This document shows positions 42,027-51,789 of a stretch of 64,000 nt of DNA, one piece after another. Numbering within the stretch: position 1 is the stretch's first letter; every line of letters starts with the position of its first letter. Position numbers and translations under genes: made by a program. The DNA is from an uncultured Candidatus Rokubacteria bacterium. GTDB lineage: Bacteria; Methylomirabilota; Methylomirabilia; Rokubacteriales; CSP1-6. A model generated the notes under the pieces. That model was not told the origin of the DNA and searched no databases. It saw nothing but the letters and a program-made list of their open reading frames with translations. The DNA lies in the NCBI GenBank assembly GCA_963789955.1, contig CAWBMV010000022.1, forward strand, positions 480,001 to 544,000. The letters run 5' to 3'.

Positions 42027-43010
42027 ATGACGACTCAGATGATCGAACCGCGGATGGAGCTCGAGCAGAACCTCCACATGTATCGCCAGATGGCGAAGAT
42101 TCGCGCCTTCGAGGAGCAGGTGAACGAGCTCTACAAGAGCGCGAAGATGCCGGGCCTGGCCCATCTCTACGTCGGCGAGGAAGCGGTGGCGGTCGGGGTG
42201 TGCGAGGCGCTGCGCCGTGACGACTTCATCACGAGCACGCATCGCGGCCACGGCCACTGCCTGGCCAAGGGCGCGTCGGTGAACCGGATGTTCGCCGAGC
42301 TGCTCGGCAAGGAGTCGGGCTACTGCCGGGGCAAGGGCGGCTCGATGCACATCGCCGATCCCGAGACCGGCAACCTCGGCGCCAACGCGATCGTCGGCGG
42401 CTCGGCCGGCATCGCCACCGGCGCCGCGCTCTCCGCGAAGATGCGCGGGAGCAATCAGGTCGCCGTGTGCTTCTTCGGCGACGGCGCGCTGGGCCAGGGC
42501 CTGCTCTACGAGTCGATGAACATGGCGGCGCTCTGGAAGCTGCCCGTCATCTATGTCTGCGAGAACAACCTCTACGGCGAGTACACGCCCGGCAACGAGA
42601 CCATCGCCGGCGAGATCCTGGCGCGCCCGCGCGCGCTGGGCATCCACGCCGAGAGCGTCGACGGCCAGGACGTCCAGGCGGTCAACGCGACGATGCGGCG
42701 GCTGGTGGAGCGCGCGCGTCGCGGCGAGGGGCCGGCGTTCCTCGAGTGCAAGACCTACCGCTACTACGGCCACCACGTCGGCGACGTCAACCGCGAGTAC
42801 CGCACGCGGGACGAGGAGAAGGAGTGGATGACCAAGCGCGATCCGCTCCAGACCCTCGCCGGACGGCTCGAAGGCCAGGGCCTGGCCGATGCGGCCGTCT
42901 TCGAGCGCATCCAGACCGACGTGAAGTCGGAGATCGACAACGGCGTGCAGTACGCGCTGGCCGCGCCGTATCCGGATGCGAGCCAGGTCGGTGAAGACGT
43001 CTATGCGTAG
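42027..43010 (+). CDS. TPP-dependent 2-oxoacid/acetoin dehydrogenase E1 alpha subunit
   Basis: HLYVGEEA, STHRGHGH, GKGGSMH, GDGA...ENN and TYRYYGH motifs. Confidence 0.95.
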   Translation: MTTQMIEPRMELEQNLHMYRQMAKIRAFEEQVNELYKSAKMPGLAHLYVGEEAVAVGVCEALRRDDFITSTHRGHGHCLAKGASVNRMFAELLGKESGYCRGKGGSMHIADPETGNLGANAIVGGSAGIATGAALSAKMRGSNQVAVCFFGDGALGQGLLYESMNMAALWKLPVIYVCENNLYGEYTPGNETIAGEILARPRALGIHAESVDGQDVQAVNATMRRLVERARRGEGPAFLECKTYRYYGHHVGDVNREYRTRDEEKEWMTKRDPLQTLAGRLEGQGLADAAVFERIQTDVKSEIDNGVQYALAAPYPDASQVGEDVYA

Positions 43011-43031
43011 AGACGCTCGAACGGACCGTTC

Positions 43032-43958
43032 GTGAGCCTGAGCCCCGAGGAGTTCCGCGAGCACCTGAAACTGTCGTCGGCCACGGCCGGGCTGACCTTG
43101 CCCGACCTGGCGTTGCCGGCCGCGCATCACGTCATCCTGCGCGGGATGCGCTTCCATTATCTCGATTGGGGCACGCGCGGCCTGCCGCCGATGCTGTTCC
43201 TGCACGGCGGCGGGCTCAACGTCCACACGTGGGATCTCGTCTGCGCGTCCCTCAAGCCCGAGCGCCACTGCCTGGCGCTCGACCAGCGGGGCCATGGCGA
43301 CAGCGAGTGGTCGCCGGTGATGGACTACGCCACCGAGAGCCACGCCGAGGACCTCGACGCGTTCGTCGACCACCTCGGTTTCGAGCGCTTCGTTCTCGTC
43401 GGCATGTCGCTGGGTGGCGCCAACGCGCTGGCGTGGGCGGGGAGCCACAGCGAGCGGCTGGCGGCGCTCGTGCTCGTCGACGTCGGCCCGGAGGTGCGTC
43501 AAGCCGGCGTACGCAAGATCGCCGCGTTCACCTCGGAGGCCACGCCGCTCGACTCGATCGAGGATTTCGTGGCGAAGGCGCTGGCGTTCAATCCGCGGCG
43601 TGACGCGACCCTCCTGCGCCGGAGCTTGCTCCATAACCTGCGCCGCATGCCCGACGGCAAGTGGATGTGGAAATACGACCAGCGTCACCGGGGCCGTGCG
43701 CTCGATCCGGCGGCGGCCGGTCGCCGGCGCGAGCTTCTGTGGTCGGCGGTGGCCAAGGTGTCGTGTCCGACCCTCGTCGTGCGCGGCGCGGAGAGCGACG
43801 TGTTCCACGACGAGGACGCCGAGCGCCTGTCCGGGGCTCTGCCCCACGGGCGCTGGGTGAAGATCGCGAACGCCGGGCACACCGTGCAGGGCGACAACCC
43901 GGCCGGGCTGCTGGTGGCGCTGCGCGAGTTCCTGGGTGAGGTCGCCGCGAAGCGCTGA
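43032..43958 (+). CDS. Alpha/beta fold hydrolase
   Basis: LHGGG, DQRGHGDS, GMSLG nucleophile elbow and AGHTV. Confidence 0.9.
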   Translation: MSLSPEEFREHLKLSSATAGLTLPDLALPAAHHVILRGMRFHYLDWGTRGLPPMLFLHGGGLNVHTWDLVCASLKPERHCLALDQRGHGDSEWSPVMDYATESHAEDLDAFVDHLGFERFVLVGMSLGGANALAWAGSHSERLAALVLVDVGPEVRQAGVRKIAAFTSEATPLDSIEDFVAKALAFNPRRDATLLRRSLLHNLRRMPDGKWMWKYDQRHRGRALDPAAAGRRRELLWSAVAKVSCPTLVVRGAESDVFHDEDAERLSGALPHGRWVKIANAGHTVQGDNPAGLLVALREFLGEVAAKR

Positions 43959-43990
43959 CGGAGTACAATCCCGAGAGGGAGGCCCAGCCT

Positions 43991-44875
43991 ATGTCCGTCG
44001 TCACTCGCCAGATCGGTCCATGCTTCGCCGCGGAAATGGAAGGCATCGACATGACCCGGCCGCTGACCCCGGACGAGGTCAAGGCGATCCACGCCGGCAT
44101 GGACAGATATGCCGTGCTGGTCTTCCATGACCAGCAGATCGACGACGAGCAGCAGCTGGCCTTCACGCGGAGCCTCGGCGAGATCGAGCTCGCCGTCGGG
44201 ACGAGCCTCCGGGCGGCGAACGAATACCGTCTGCCGACGACCTTCGCCGACGTGTCGAACCTCGACCAGAATCACCAGGTGTTCGCCCGCGACGACCGGC
44301 GGCGTCTGTTCGCGATCGGCAATCGCCTCTGGCATTCCGACAGCTCGTTCAAGGTCATCCCGGCGAAGTACTCGCTCCTGCACGCCCGGGCGATTCCGTC
44401 GAAGGGCGGCAACACCGAGTTCGCCTATATGCCCGGGGCCTACGACACGCTCGACGCCGACACCAAGGCCCAGGTCGAAGACCTGATCTGCGAGCACTCG
44501 CAGATCTTCTCGCGCCAGCAGCTCGGCTTCACCGACTTCACCGACGAGGAGCGCGCGCGCTTCAAGCCGGTGCTCCAGCGTCTCGTGCGCGTGCATCCCG
44601 GCACCGGGCGGAAGTCGCTCTACCTGTCCTCGCACGCGGGGTCGATCGTCGGCTGGCCCGTGCCCGAGGCGCGCTTCTTCCTGCGCGATCTGGTCGAGCA
44701 CGCGACCCAGCGCGAGCTCGTGTACTCGCACACGTGGCGGGTCGGCGACCTCGTGATGTGGGACAACCGCCAGACGATGCACCGCGCGCGTCCGTTCCCG
44801 GCGCACGAGCCGCGCGACATGCGCCGTACCACGCTCAAGGGCGACGGGCCGACGGTCGCTCAGGCCGCCGCCTGA
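43991..44875 (+). CDS. TauD/TfdA family 2-oxoglutarate-dependent dioxygenase (TfdA-like)
   Basis: WHSDSSF (HxD), GGNTEFA and WDNRQTMHR motifs. Confidence 0.92.
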   Translation: MSVVTRQIGPCFAAEMEGIDMTRPLTPDEVKAIHAGMDRYAVLVFHDQQIDDEQQLAFTRSLGEIELAVGTSLRAANEYRLPTTFADVSNLDQNHQVFARDDRRRLFAIGNRLWHSDSSFKVIPAKYSLLHARAIPSKGGNTEFAYMPGAYDTLDADTKAQVEDLICEHSQIFSRQQLGFTDFTDEERARFKPVLQRLVRVHPGTGRKSLYLSSHAGSIVGWPVPEARFFLRDLVEHATQRELVYSHTWRVGDLVMWDNRQTMHRARPFPAHEPRDMRRTTLKGDGPTVAQAAA

Positions 44876-44911
44876 GGAGCCCAGAGACTCCGACGAGGGG
44901 GGGTGATTCGG

Positions 44912-44971
44912 ATGGCGAAAGGCACGGGCATGCGGAAGGAGACGAAGAAGCCGAAGAAGAAGAAAAAGTAG
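44912..44971 (+). CDS. 19-aa Lys-rich peptide (uORF) MAKGTGMRKETKKPKKKKK
   Basis: SD-like GAGGGGGGGTGA just upstream. Stop ends 6 nt before the ABC-F ATG. Confidence 0.6.
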   Translation: MAKGTGMRKETKKPKKKKK

Positions 44972-44977
44972 CGTCGG

Positions 44978-46771
44978 ATGGCCCGACCGCTCCTGCTCAG
45001 CTGTGAGGCGGTGAGTAAGGCCTATGGCACGCGCAGCCTCTTCGAGCGCCTGACCTTCGGACTGTTCGAGGGCGACCAGGCCGGTCTCGTCGGCCCGAAC
45101 GGCTCCGGCAAGTCCACCTTGCTCAAGATCCTGGCCGGCATCGAGCCGGCCGATCGCGGCTCTCGTTCACTGCGCGGGGGTGTGCGGGTCGGCTACGTTC
45201 CCCAGGACCCGGTCTTTCCGACCGGTCACACCGTCGACGCCGTCGTGCTCGCCGCGCTGACCGGCGTCGACGAGGAGGATCGGCCCGGGCGACTCGCCCA
45301 CGCGCTGAGTCGCTCCGGCTTCGCCGACGGGCGCGCGGCCGTCGACACCTTGTCGGGCGGCTGGCGCAAGCGGCTGGCCATCGCGCGCGAGCTCGCGGCG
45401 GCGCCCGACATCCTCCTGATGGACGAGCCCACCAACCACCTCGACGTGGAAGGGATCCTCTGGCTCGAAGACTTGCTGACCGAGCGTTCTCGAGCGTTCC
45501 TGGTGGTGAGCCACGATCGCTATTTCCTGGAGCACGTCGCCACGCGCATGCTCGAGCTGAACCGCGCCTATCCGGACGGTCTGTTCCAAACCGACGGGAG
45601 CTACAGCGAGTTCCTGGCGCGCCGCGACGAATTTCTACGCGGGCAGGCGGCGTACCAGGATGCGCTCGCCAACACGGTGCGCCGCGAGATCGAGTGGCTC
45701 CGTCAGGGTGCCAAGGCGCGCTCCACGAAGGCCAAGGGCCGCATCAAGCAGGCCGGGCGCCTGATCGAGGAGCTCGAGGACGCCCGCGCGCGCGGGCTGA
45801 CGGCCACCGCGGGAATCGACTTCACGTCGTCGCAGCGCCGCACGCGCCGGCTGCTCGTCGTGCGTGGGCTCACGGTGTCGCGCGGCGGCCGGACGCTCGT
45901 CAGCGGCCTCGACCTCGTCGTCACGCCCGGCACGCGGGTCGGGTTGATCGGGCCCAACGGCAGCGGCAAGACCACGCTCCTCGAGGTGCTCGCCGGGGTC
46001 GCGCCGCCGGACGCGGGTGAGATCGAGCGGGCGGACGGTCTGCGGATCGTCCGCTTCGAGCAGCAGCGCGCGGCGCTCGATCCGGCGCAGAGCCTTCGCC
46101 GCGCGCTCGCTCCCGAGGGCGACACCGTCACGTGGCAGGGACGCAGCGTGCACGTCGCCGCGTGGGCCAAGCGCTTCCTGTTCCGGCCCGAGCAGCTCGA
46201 GGTGCCCGTCGAGCATCTGTCGGGCGGCGAGCAGGCGCGCATCCTGATCGCCCGGCTCATGCGCGAGCCGGCGGACCTCTTGATCCTCGACGAGCCGACC
46301 AACGATCTCGACATCCCGACGCTCGAGGTGCTCGAGGACAGCCTCGCGGAATTCGACGGAGCCCTCGTTCTGGTCACGCACGATCGCTTCATGCTCGAGC
46401 GCGTGTCGACGGTGATCGTCGCGCTCGACGGTCGGGGCGGGACCGCGACATTCGCCGACTACGCGCAGTGGGAATCGGCCCAGACCACGGTCGAGCCGGC
46501 TCAGCGCAAGGCGCCGGACCGTGCCGCCGAGGCGTCGCGGCAGCGGCCGAAGCGTCTGGGCTATCGCGAGCAGCGCGAGTGGGAGGGCATGGAGCAGGCG
46601 ATTCTCGACGCCGAGCGCGCCGTCGAGGCATGCCAGGGAGCCGTCGACGATCCGGCGATCGTCTCGGACCCGACCGCGCTGCAGCAGCGCTACGCGGCGC
46701 TCGAGGCCGCGCGGGCCGACGTCGATCGACTCTACGCGCGCTGGGCCGAGCTGGAGGCCAAGCAGGCCTAG
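44978..46771 (+). CDS. uup: ABC-F family ATPase (Uup-like)
   Basis: Two ABC domains (GPNGSGKST/T, LSGG, DEPTN), no TM segments, linker EIEWLRQGAKARSTKAKGR, C-terminal coiled coil ending LYARWAELE. Confidence 0.9.
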   Translation: MARPLLLSCEAVSKAYGTRSLFERLTFGLFEGDQAGLVGPNGSGKSTLLKILAGIEPADRGSRSLRGGVRVGYVPQDPVFPTGHTVDAVVLAALTGVDEEDRPGRLAHALSRSGFADGRAAVDTLSGGWRKRLAIARELAAAPDILLMDEPTNHLDVEGILWLEDLLTERSRAFLVVSHDRYFLEHVATRMLELNRAYPDGLFQTDGSYSEFLARRDEFLRGQAAYQDALANTVRREIEWLRQGAKARSTKAKGRIKQAGRLIEELEDARARGLTATAGIDFTSSQRRTRRLLVVRGLTVSRGGRTLVSGLDLVVTPGTRVGLIGPNGSGKTTLLEVLAGVAPPDAGEIERADGLRIVRFEQQRAALDPAQSLRRALAPEGDTVTWQGRSVHVAAWAKRFLFRPEQLEVPVEHLSGGEQARILIARLMREPADLLILDEPTNDLDIPTLEVLEDSLAEFDGALVLVTHDRFMLERVSTVIVALDGRGGTATFADYAQWESAQTTVEPAQRKAPDRAAEASRQRPKRLGYREQREWEGMEQAILDAERAVEACQGAVDDPAIVSDPTALQQRYAALEAARADVDRLYARWAELEAKQA

Positions 46772-46781
46772 CTCGGCGCCG

Positions 46782-48395
46782 TCACGCGACGCCTTCCTCC
46801 GCCACGCGCGCGGCGGTGGGCTCGCTCGCCGGCGCGGTGGCCGCCGTCGAGGGCGCCATCCGGATGCGCCGCATCAGCGGCAGGACCAGGGGCACCGCCG
46901 CGAACATCATCGCCAGGAGCCAGAAGTCGTCGGCGTAGGCCAGGAGCTGCGCCTGCGCCACCGTCTCGCGGTAGAGCATCGTGACGGCCTGGCGCTCGGC
47001 GGTGAAGACGTCGCTGCCGCGGGCCACGAAGTGGCTCGCCCACTGCGCCAGGCGATCGCGCGTCGCCGGATCCCACACGGTGATGTGGCTCGCGAGCGTG
47101 GTCTGGTGGATCTGGCTCCGCTGGGCGAGCAGGGTCGTGACCACCGCGATGCCGACGCTGCCGCCGATGTTGCGCGACATGCCGTAGACCGCGGTCGCGT
47201 TCACGAGCTTGTCGCGCCGGATCGTGGCCAGGGTCAACGTCGACAGCGGCACGAACACGAACCCGAGCGCGAAGCCCTGGATGAATCGCGGCAGCGCCAG
47301 CGCCCAGTAGTCCATCCCGAGCGTCAGCGAGGTCATCATGTAGAAGCTGACCGCGTTGAGCAGGCAGCCGAAGGCGAGCATGAGGCGCTGGTCGACGCGG
47401 GTCACGATGCCCGAGGCGAAGAGCGAGAAGATGTTGCCGAGACCGCCGGGGGCCAGCACGAGGCCGGACGTCCACGCGTCGTAGCCCAGGAGCTTCTGCG
47501 TGAAGATCGCGATCAGCAGCATGCCCGAAAAGCTCCCGAAGCCGACGACCATGCTCAGCGCGGCGCCGGTCGCGAAGTTGCGGTCGGCGAACACGGTGAG
47601 GTCGAGGATCGGTTCACGGGTGGTCAGCTCGCGGATCAGGAAGCCGGCGAGCGCGCACACGGCGACGATGCTCAGCGCGACGATCGCGCGCGAGTCGAAC
47701 CAGTCCTCGCGCTCACCGCGGTCGAGCACGAGCTGCAGACAGCCGAAGCCGGCGACCATGAGGCCGAGGCCCCACCAGTCGATCCGCGTGGCGCGACGCA
47801 GGTACGGCGGATCGAACAGGAAGACGCTCGCCAGGAAGAAGCCGACGACGCCGACGGGCAGGTTGATGTAGAAGATCCAGCGCCACGACCACTGGTCGGC
47901 CAGGTAGCCGCCGACGGTCGGGCCCAGGATCGGGCCGAAGATGAAGCCCAGGCCCCAGACCGCCATCGCGAGCCCGCGCTGATGAAACGGGAAGATCTCC
48001 CAGAGGATCGCCTGCGAGAGCGGAATGATCGGCCCGCCGCCGAGGCCCTGGAAGATCCGCGCCACGATCAAGGTCGTCAGGTCGGGGGCGGCGCCCGAGA
48101 TGAACGAGCTGACGACGAACAGGGTCGCGCAGATCAGAAAAAACCGGCGGCGCCCGAACAGGCCGGCCAGCCAGCCGGTGGCCGGGATGATCACGGCGTT
48201 GGCGGCGAGGTAGGACGTGATCACCCACGAGACCTCGTCCAGGCCCGCGGACAGCGATCCCTGGAGATGCGGCAGGATCACGTTGGTCACGCTGGTGTCG
48301 AGAATCTGCATGAACGCCACCACCATGACGGTGATGGTGATGGCCCACTTCCGCGGGGCGGAGATCACGGGCGCTTCCGGTGCCGGGGACGTCAT
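46782..48395 (-). CDS. DHA2 family MFS efflux permease (EmrB/QacA)
   Basis: MQILDTSVTNV, GPILGPTVGG, WRWIFYINLPVG and RNIGGSVG motifs. Confidence 0.92.
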   Translation of the reverse strand: MTSPAPEAPVISAPRKWAITITVMVVAFMQILDTSVTNVILPHLQGSLSAGLDEVSWVITSYLAANAVIIPATGWLAGLFGRRRFFLICATLFVVSSFISGAAPDLTTLIVARIFQGLGGGPIIPLSQAILWEIFPFHQRGLAMAVWGLGFIFGPILGPTVGGYLADQWSWRWIFYINLPVGVVGFFLASVFLFDPPYLRRATRIDWWGLGLMVAGFGCLQLVLDRGEREDWFDSRAIVALSIVAVCALAGFLIRELTTREPILDLTVFADRNFATGAALSMVVGFGSFSGMLLIAIFTQKLLGYDAWTSGLVLAPGGLGNIFSLFASGIVTRVDQRLMLAFGCLLNAVSFYMMTSLTLGMDYWALALPRFIQGFALGFVFVPLSTLTLATIRRDKLVNATAVYGMSRNIGGSVGIAVVTTLLAQRSQIHQTTLASHITVWDPATRDRLAQWASHFVARGSDVFTAERQAVTMLYRETVAQAQLLAYADDFWLLAMMFAAVPLVLPLMRRIRMAPSTAATAPASEPTAARVAEEGVA

Positions 48396-48432
48396 TGGCT
48401 CCAGCCGCTTCGCTCGGCGCGCCGAGCGGGGA

Positions 48433-49473
48433 TCAGGCGAGTCGATAGGCTCGTCTCGCGGTGCCGCTGAAGAGCGCCAGCTTCTCCTCGGGCGAGGCGC
48501 CGGCGGCGATGCGCTTGAACGCGTTCCAGAGCGCGGCGAACCCGATCCCCATCTTGTCGACGGGAAAGTTGCTCTCGAACATGCAGCGCGCCGGGCCGAA
48601 GCGCTCGATGCAGAGCTCGATGTACGGACGCCAGTAGTCGGCCAGCTCCGCCGAGGACGGCGGCGTCGGCCGCGTGCCGTAGTCGTACGCGGCCAGTCGC
48701 ATCATCATGCCCCCGAGCTTCATGACGACGTTCGGGCATCGCGCCAGCTCGGTGATGCCGGTCTTCCACGCGGCGAAGACCTCGTCGCGCCGGCCGGTGT
48801 ACGGTCCGTAGCCGAGCGGGCCCCCGCAGTGGCCGACGATGATGTTGGCGGCCGGGAACGCGCGGGCCAGGTCGATCGCGTCGGCGAGCTGCGGATGGAA
48901 CACCCACGCGTCGAGGGACAGCCCGAGCGCGGTGAGGCGCGCGAGGCCCGCACGGAAGTCGGCCTGCTTCATGAGGTGCGGGCCCTTGGCGACGGCGCTG
49001 TTGCCGATCACGTCGCTCGCGTCCCACGCGGCGGAGTGGCGCACGCCGCGAAACCGTCCGCCGCCGGCCCGGATCAATGCCTCGAGCACCGGCTCGACCC
49101 GATCGCCCAGGGTCAGATCGGCGAAGCCGACGATGCCCGCGGCGACGCGCGTCGCGCCGTACTGGCCGCTCTCGCTCATCGCGGCGATGCCCGCCACGAA
49201 CTCGGTCTCGCCCACCGGCCGCATCTCGACCGGGCCGGACGCGCGGTACATCGCGTGGCACTCCAGGAACACCGTCGCGACGACGTGATGGCCGGTGCGG
49301 AGATCGGCGAGCAGCTCGTGCAGCAAGTAGCGGTGGTCGGGCCGGTCCCACAGATGGTGATGCGTGTCGATGATCGGCAGCTCGGGCTCGAGGATCGGCT
49401 CGGGCGGCGCCTTGGCGAGCCACGACTCGTTCGGGGGACGGATCCTTCCGTAGCGCGTCGGCGATCCGCCCAT
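48433..49473 (-). CDS. Amidohydrolase family protein
   Basis: IIDTHHHLW, FRGVR, HCGGP and RCMFESNFPVD motifs. Confidence 0.9.
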   Translation of the reverse strand: MGGSPTRYGRIRPPNESWLAKAPPEPILEPELPIIDTHHHLWDRPDHRYLLHELLADLRTGHHVVATVFLECHAMYRASGPVEMRPVGETEFVAGIAAMSESGQYGATRVAAGIVGFADLTLGDRVEPVLEALIRAGGGRFRGVRHSAAWDASDVIGNSAVAKGPHLMKQADFRAGLARLTALGLSLDAWVFHPQLADAIDLARAFPAANIIVGHCGGPLGYGPYTGRRDEVFAAWKTGITELARCPNVVMKLGGMMMRLAAYDYGTRPTPPSSAELADYWRPYIELCIERFGPARCMFESNFPVDKMGIGFAALWNAFKRIAAGASPEEKLALFSGTARRAYRLA

Positions 49474-49474
49474 G

Positions 49475-49711
49475 TCAGTGCGCGTGATGGCCGGTGCCCG
49501 GCCCGTGCGAATGACCGTGGTGCGAAAAGCCGCTCGACGGGGGACTCGGCGTGGTGGACGCGGGGCGATTGAAGTTCATCGACGGCACCGTGAAGATGCG
49601 CTCGGCCGCGGCGCCGTCGGCCGGGCACGAGGCGTCGGCCGACGACTCACGGGCCGGCCGGGACACTTCGAACTCGAGACCGCAGCCCTTGCAGCGGAAT
49701 GGATAGCGCAC
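49475..49711 (-). CDS. FmdB-like zinc-ribbon protein with His-rich tail
   Basis: YPFRCKGCGLEFE...CPADG, ending HHGHSHGPGTGHHAH. Confidence 0.8.
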   Translation of the reverse strand: MRYPFRCKGCGLEFEVSRPARESSADASCPADGAAAERIFTVPSMNFNRPASTTPSPPSSGFSHHGHSHGPGTGHHAH

Positions 49712-49717
49712 GGCCGG

Positions 49718-50417
49718 TCAGCCCCTGTCGGCGACGTGCGCTGTGCCAGTAGTGATGCGTCTTGGCCACGACCGTGATGATGCTCTTCACCTCGTCCTTC
49801 AGCTGGTAGTCGGGACCGGCCGGGAGGAGCAACCGATCGTCGTCCACGCGCGCGCCGACGTTCTCGAGAATGATCGCCGCGCACAGCCACGCGGCCATCG
49901 TCGGCGAGTCACAGGTGATCGAGAGCCAGCCGGCCGCGCCCGACTCCGTGTAGAGCCCGGTCGTCTCCCAGATCCCGCGGCGCATCTCGGCGAGCATCTC
50001 ACCGTCGGAGTCCGCGGCCGACGCGGTCGTGGCGCGAAGGGCGCTCTGGGGCCCGCGCTGCGGAGGACCGCCGTAGAGCGCGAGCTCGCAGAACGTCGTC
50101 CACATGCCGCCCCAGTCCGGCCGTCCGTCCGGACGCCACAGAAAGGGCGCGGAGGTCATGGGCGCCGCCGGATCGAGACGCGCCGCCGGCGCGTACTCAC
50201 GCCGCTGCGCAGTCGTGTCCCGGCGCAGCGACGCCTCGAGCGCGTCGAGGCGGGAGATCGGGACCGCGGCCACGGTGACCGGCATGCCGGCCTGGTTGGC
50301 GAGCGCGGCGGCGAGGTCGGCGCACGCCTGCCGAACCGCCGCGGGAAGGTCGACGTCGGTCACGAGCACGAGACGGCCGGCCATGCCCTCATCGAGCGGC
50401 CGCGGTTCGTCGGTCAC
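49718..50417 (-). CDS. Conserved hypothetical protein (DW..MW..FC.LAL.GGPP.RG motif)
   Basis: APMTSAPFLWRPDGRPDWGGMWTTFCELALYGGPPQRG, ENV, VAKTHHYW. A probable frameshift just before the stop explains the 3' overlap in the ORF track. Confidence 0.65.
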
Positions 50418-50506
50418 AGCGCGCGATCATAGCATCTCCGTCGCTCACCGGGGCGCCTCGGCGCCGCGTCTCGCTCGTGTACACTGGCCGGGCGGAGGAA
50501 CCCCAG

Positions 50507-51787
50507 GTGGCGCTGTCCATCGAGCCGATCACGCGGCCGTTCGACGCCGTGGTCGAGCTACCCGGATCGAAGAGCTACTCGAACCGGGCGCTGCTCGTCG
50601 CCGCGCTCGCGCGCGGGCGCTCCGAGATCACGCGCGCGCTCTTCTCGGACGACACGCGCTACATGCACCGCGCGCTCGAGGCCCTCGGCGCGCGCGTCCA
50701 GGCCGACGAGATCTCGCAGGCGTTCACGGTCGACGGCGTCGACGGGCGGTTCCCGGCGTCGGAGGCGACCCTGGAGATCGGCAACGCCGGAACCGCCGCG
50801 CGCTTCCTGACGGCCGCCGTCGCGATCGGCCGCGGCACGTTCGTGATCGACGGCTCGCCGGCGATGCGCAAGCGGCCGATCCAGCCGTTGCTCGACGGCC
50901 TGCGGGCGCTCGGGGTCGACGCGGAGAGCCGTGAGGGCACCGGCTGCCCGCCCGTGGTCGTGCGCGCCCGGGGCATCGCGGGCGGTCGCGCGCGCGTGCG
51001 CGGCGACATCTCGAGCCAGTATCTGAGCGCGTTGCTGATGGCGGCGCCGTACGCCGCGCGCGACGTGGAGATCGAGGTCGAGGGCGACCTGGTCTCGGCG
51101 CCGTACGTCACGATGACGCTCTCCACGATGGAGGAGTTCGGCGTGCGCGCCGAGCGCGACGGCGATCGTCGCTTCCGGATCACGGCGGGCCAGCGCTACA
51201 CGGCCCGCCGCTACGCGGTCGAGCCGGACGCGTCCGCCGCGTCGTACTTCTTCGCGGCGGCGGCGGTCACCGGTGGCCACGTGGTGGTGCCGCGGCTCGG
51301 CTCGCGCTCGGCGCAGGGCGATCTCGGGCTGCTCGACGTGCTCACGCGCATGGGCTGCGAGGTCACGATCGAGCCCGACGCGATCGCGGTGCAGGGGCCC
51401 GCGCGCCTGCGCGCCGTCGACGCGGACTTCACCCGCATGGGCGACGTCGCGACCACCTTGATGGCGATCGCGCCCTTCGCCGACGGCCCGGTGACCGTCC
51501 GCGGCGTCGCCCAGACTCACTACGAGGAGAGCGACCGCCCGGTCGCCGCCGCGACGGAGCTGCGGCGCATGGGGCTTCGCGTCGAGAGCACGTGGGACTC
51601 CGTGACGATCCACCCGGGCCCGCCGCAGCCGTGCGAGGTGCAGACCTACGACGATCACCGGATCGCGATGAGCTTCGCCGTCACGGGGCTGCGCGCGCCG
51701 GGGATCGCCATCGCCAATCCCGCGTGCGTGTCCAAGACGTTCCCGGAGTTCTTCGAGGTGTTGCGAGGCCTGACCAAGCCGAGGTGA
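50507..51787 (+). CDS. aroA: 3-phosphoshikimate 1-carboxyvinyltransferase family enzyme (divergent)
   Basis: LPGSKSYSNR, NAGTAARF, SSQYLSALL, DDHRIAMSF and CVSKTFPEFF motifs. Confidence 0.88.
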   Translation: MALSIEPITRPFDAVVELPGSKSYSNRALLVAALARGRSEITRALFSDDTRYMHRALEALGARVQADEISQAFTVDGVDGRFPASEATLEIGNAGTAARFLTAAVAIGRGTFVIDGSPAMRKRPIQPLLDGLRALGVDAESREGTGCPPVVVRARGIAGGRARVRGDISSQYLSALLMAAPYAARDVEIEVEGDLVSAPYVTMTLSTMEEFGVRAERDGDRRFRITAGQRYTARRYAVEPDASAASYFFAAAAVTGGHVVVPRLGSRSAQGDLGLLDVLTRMGCEVTIEPDAIAVQGPARLRAVDADFTRMGDVATTLMAIAPFADGPVTVRGVAQTHYEESDRPVAAATELRRMGLRVESTWDSVTIHPGPPQPCEVQTYDDHRIAMSFAVTGLRAPGIAIANPACVSKTFPEFFEVLRGLTKPR

Positions 51788-51789
51788 CC

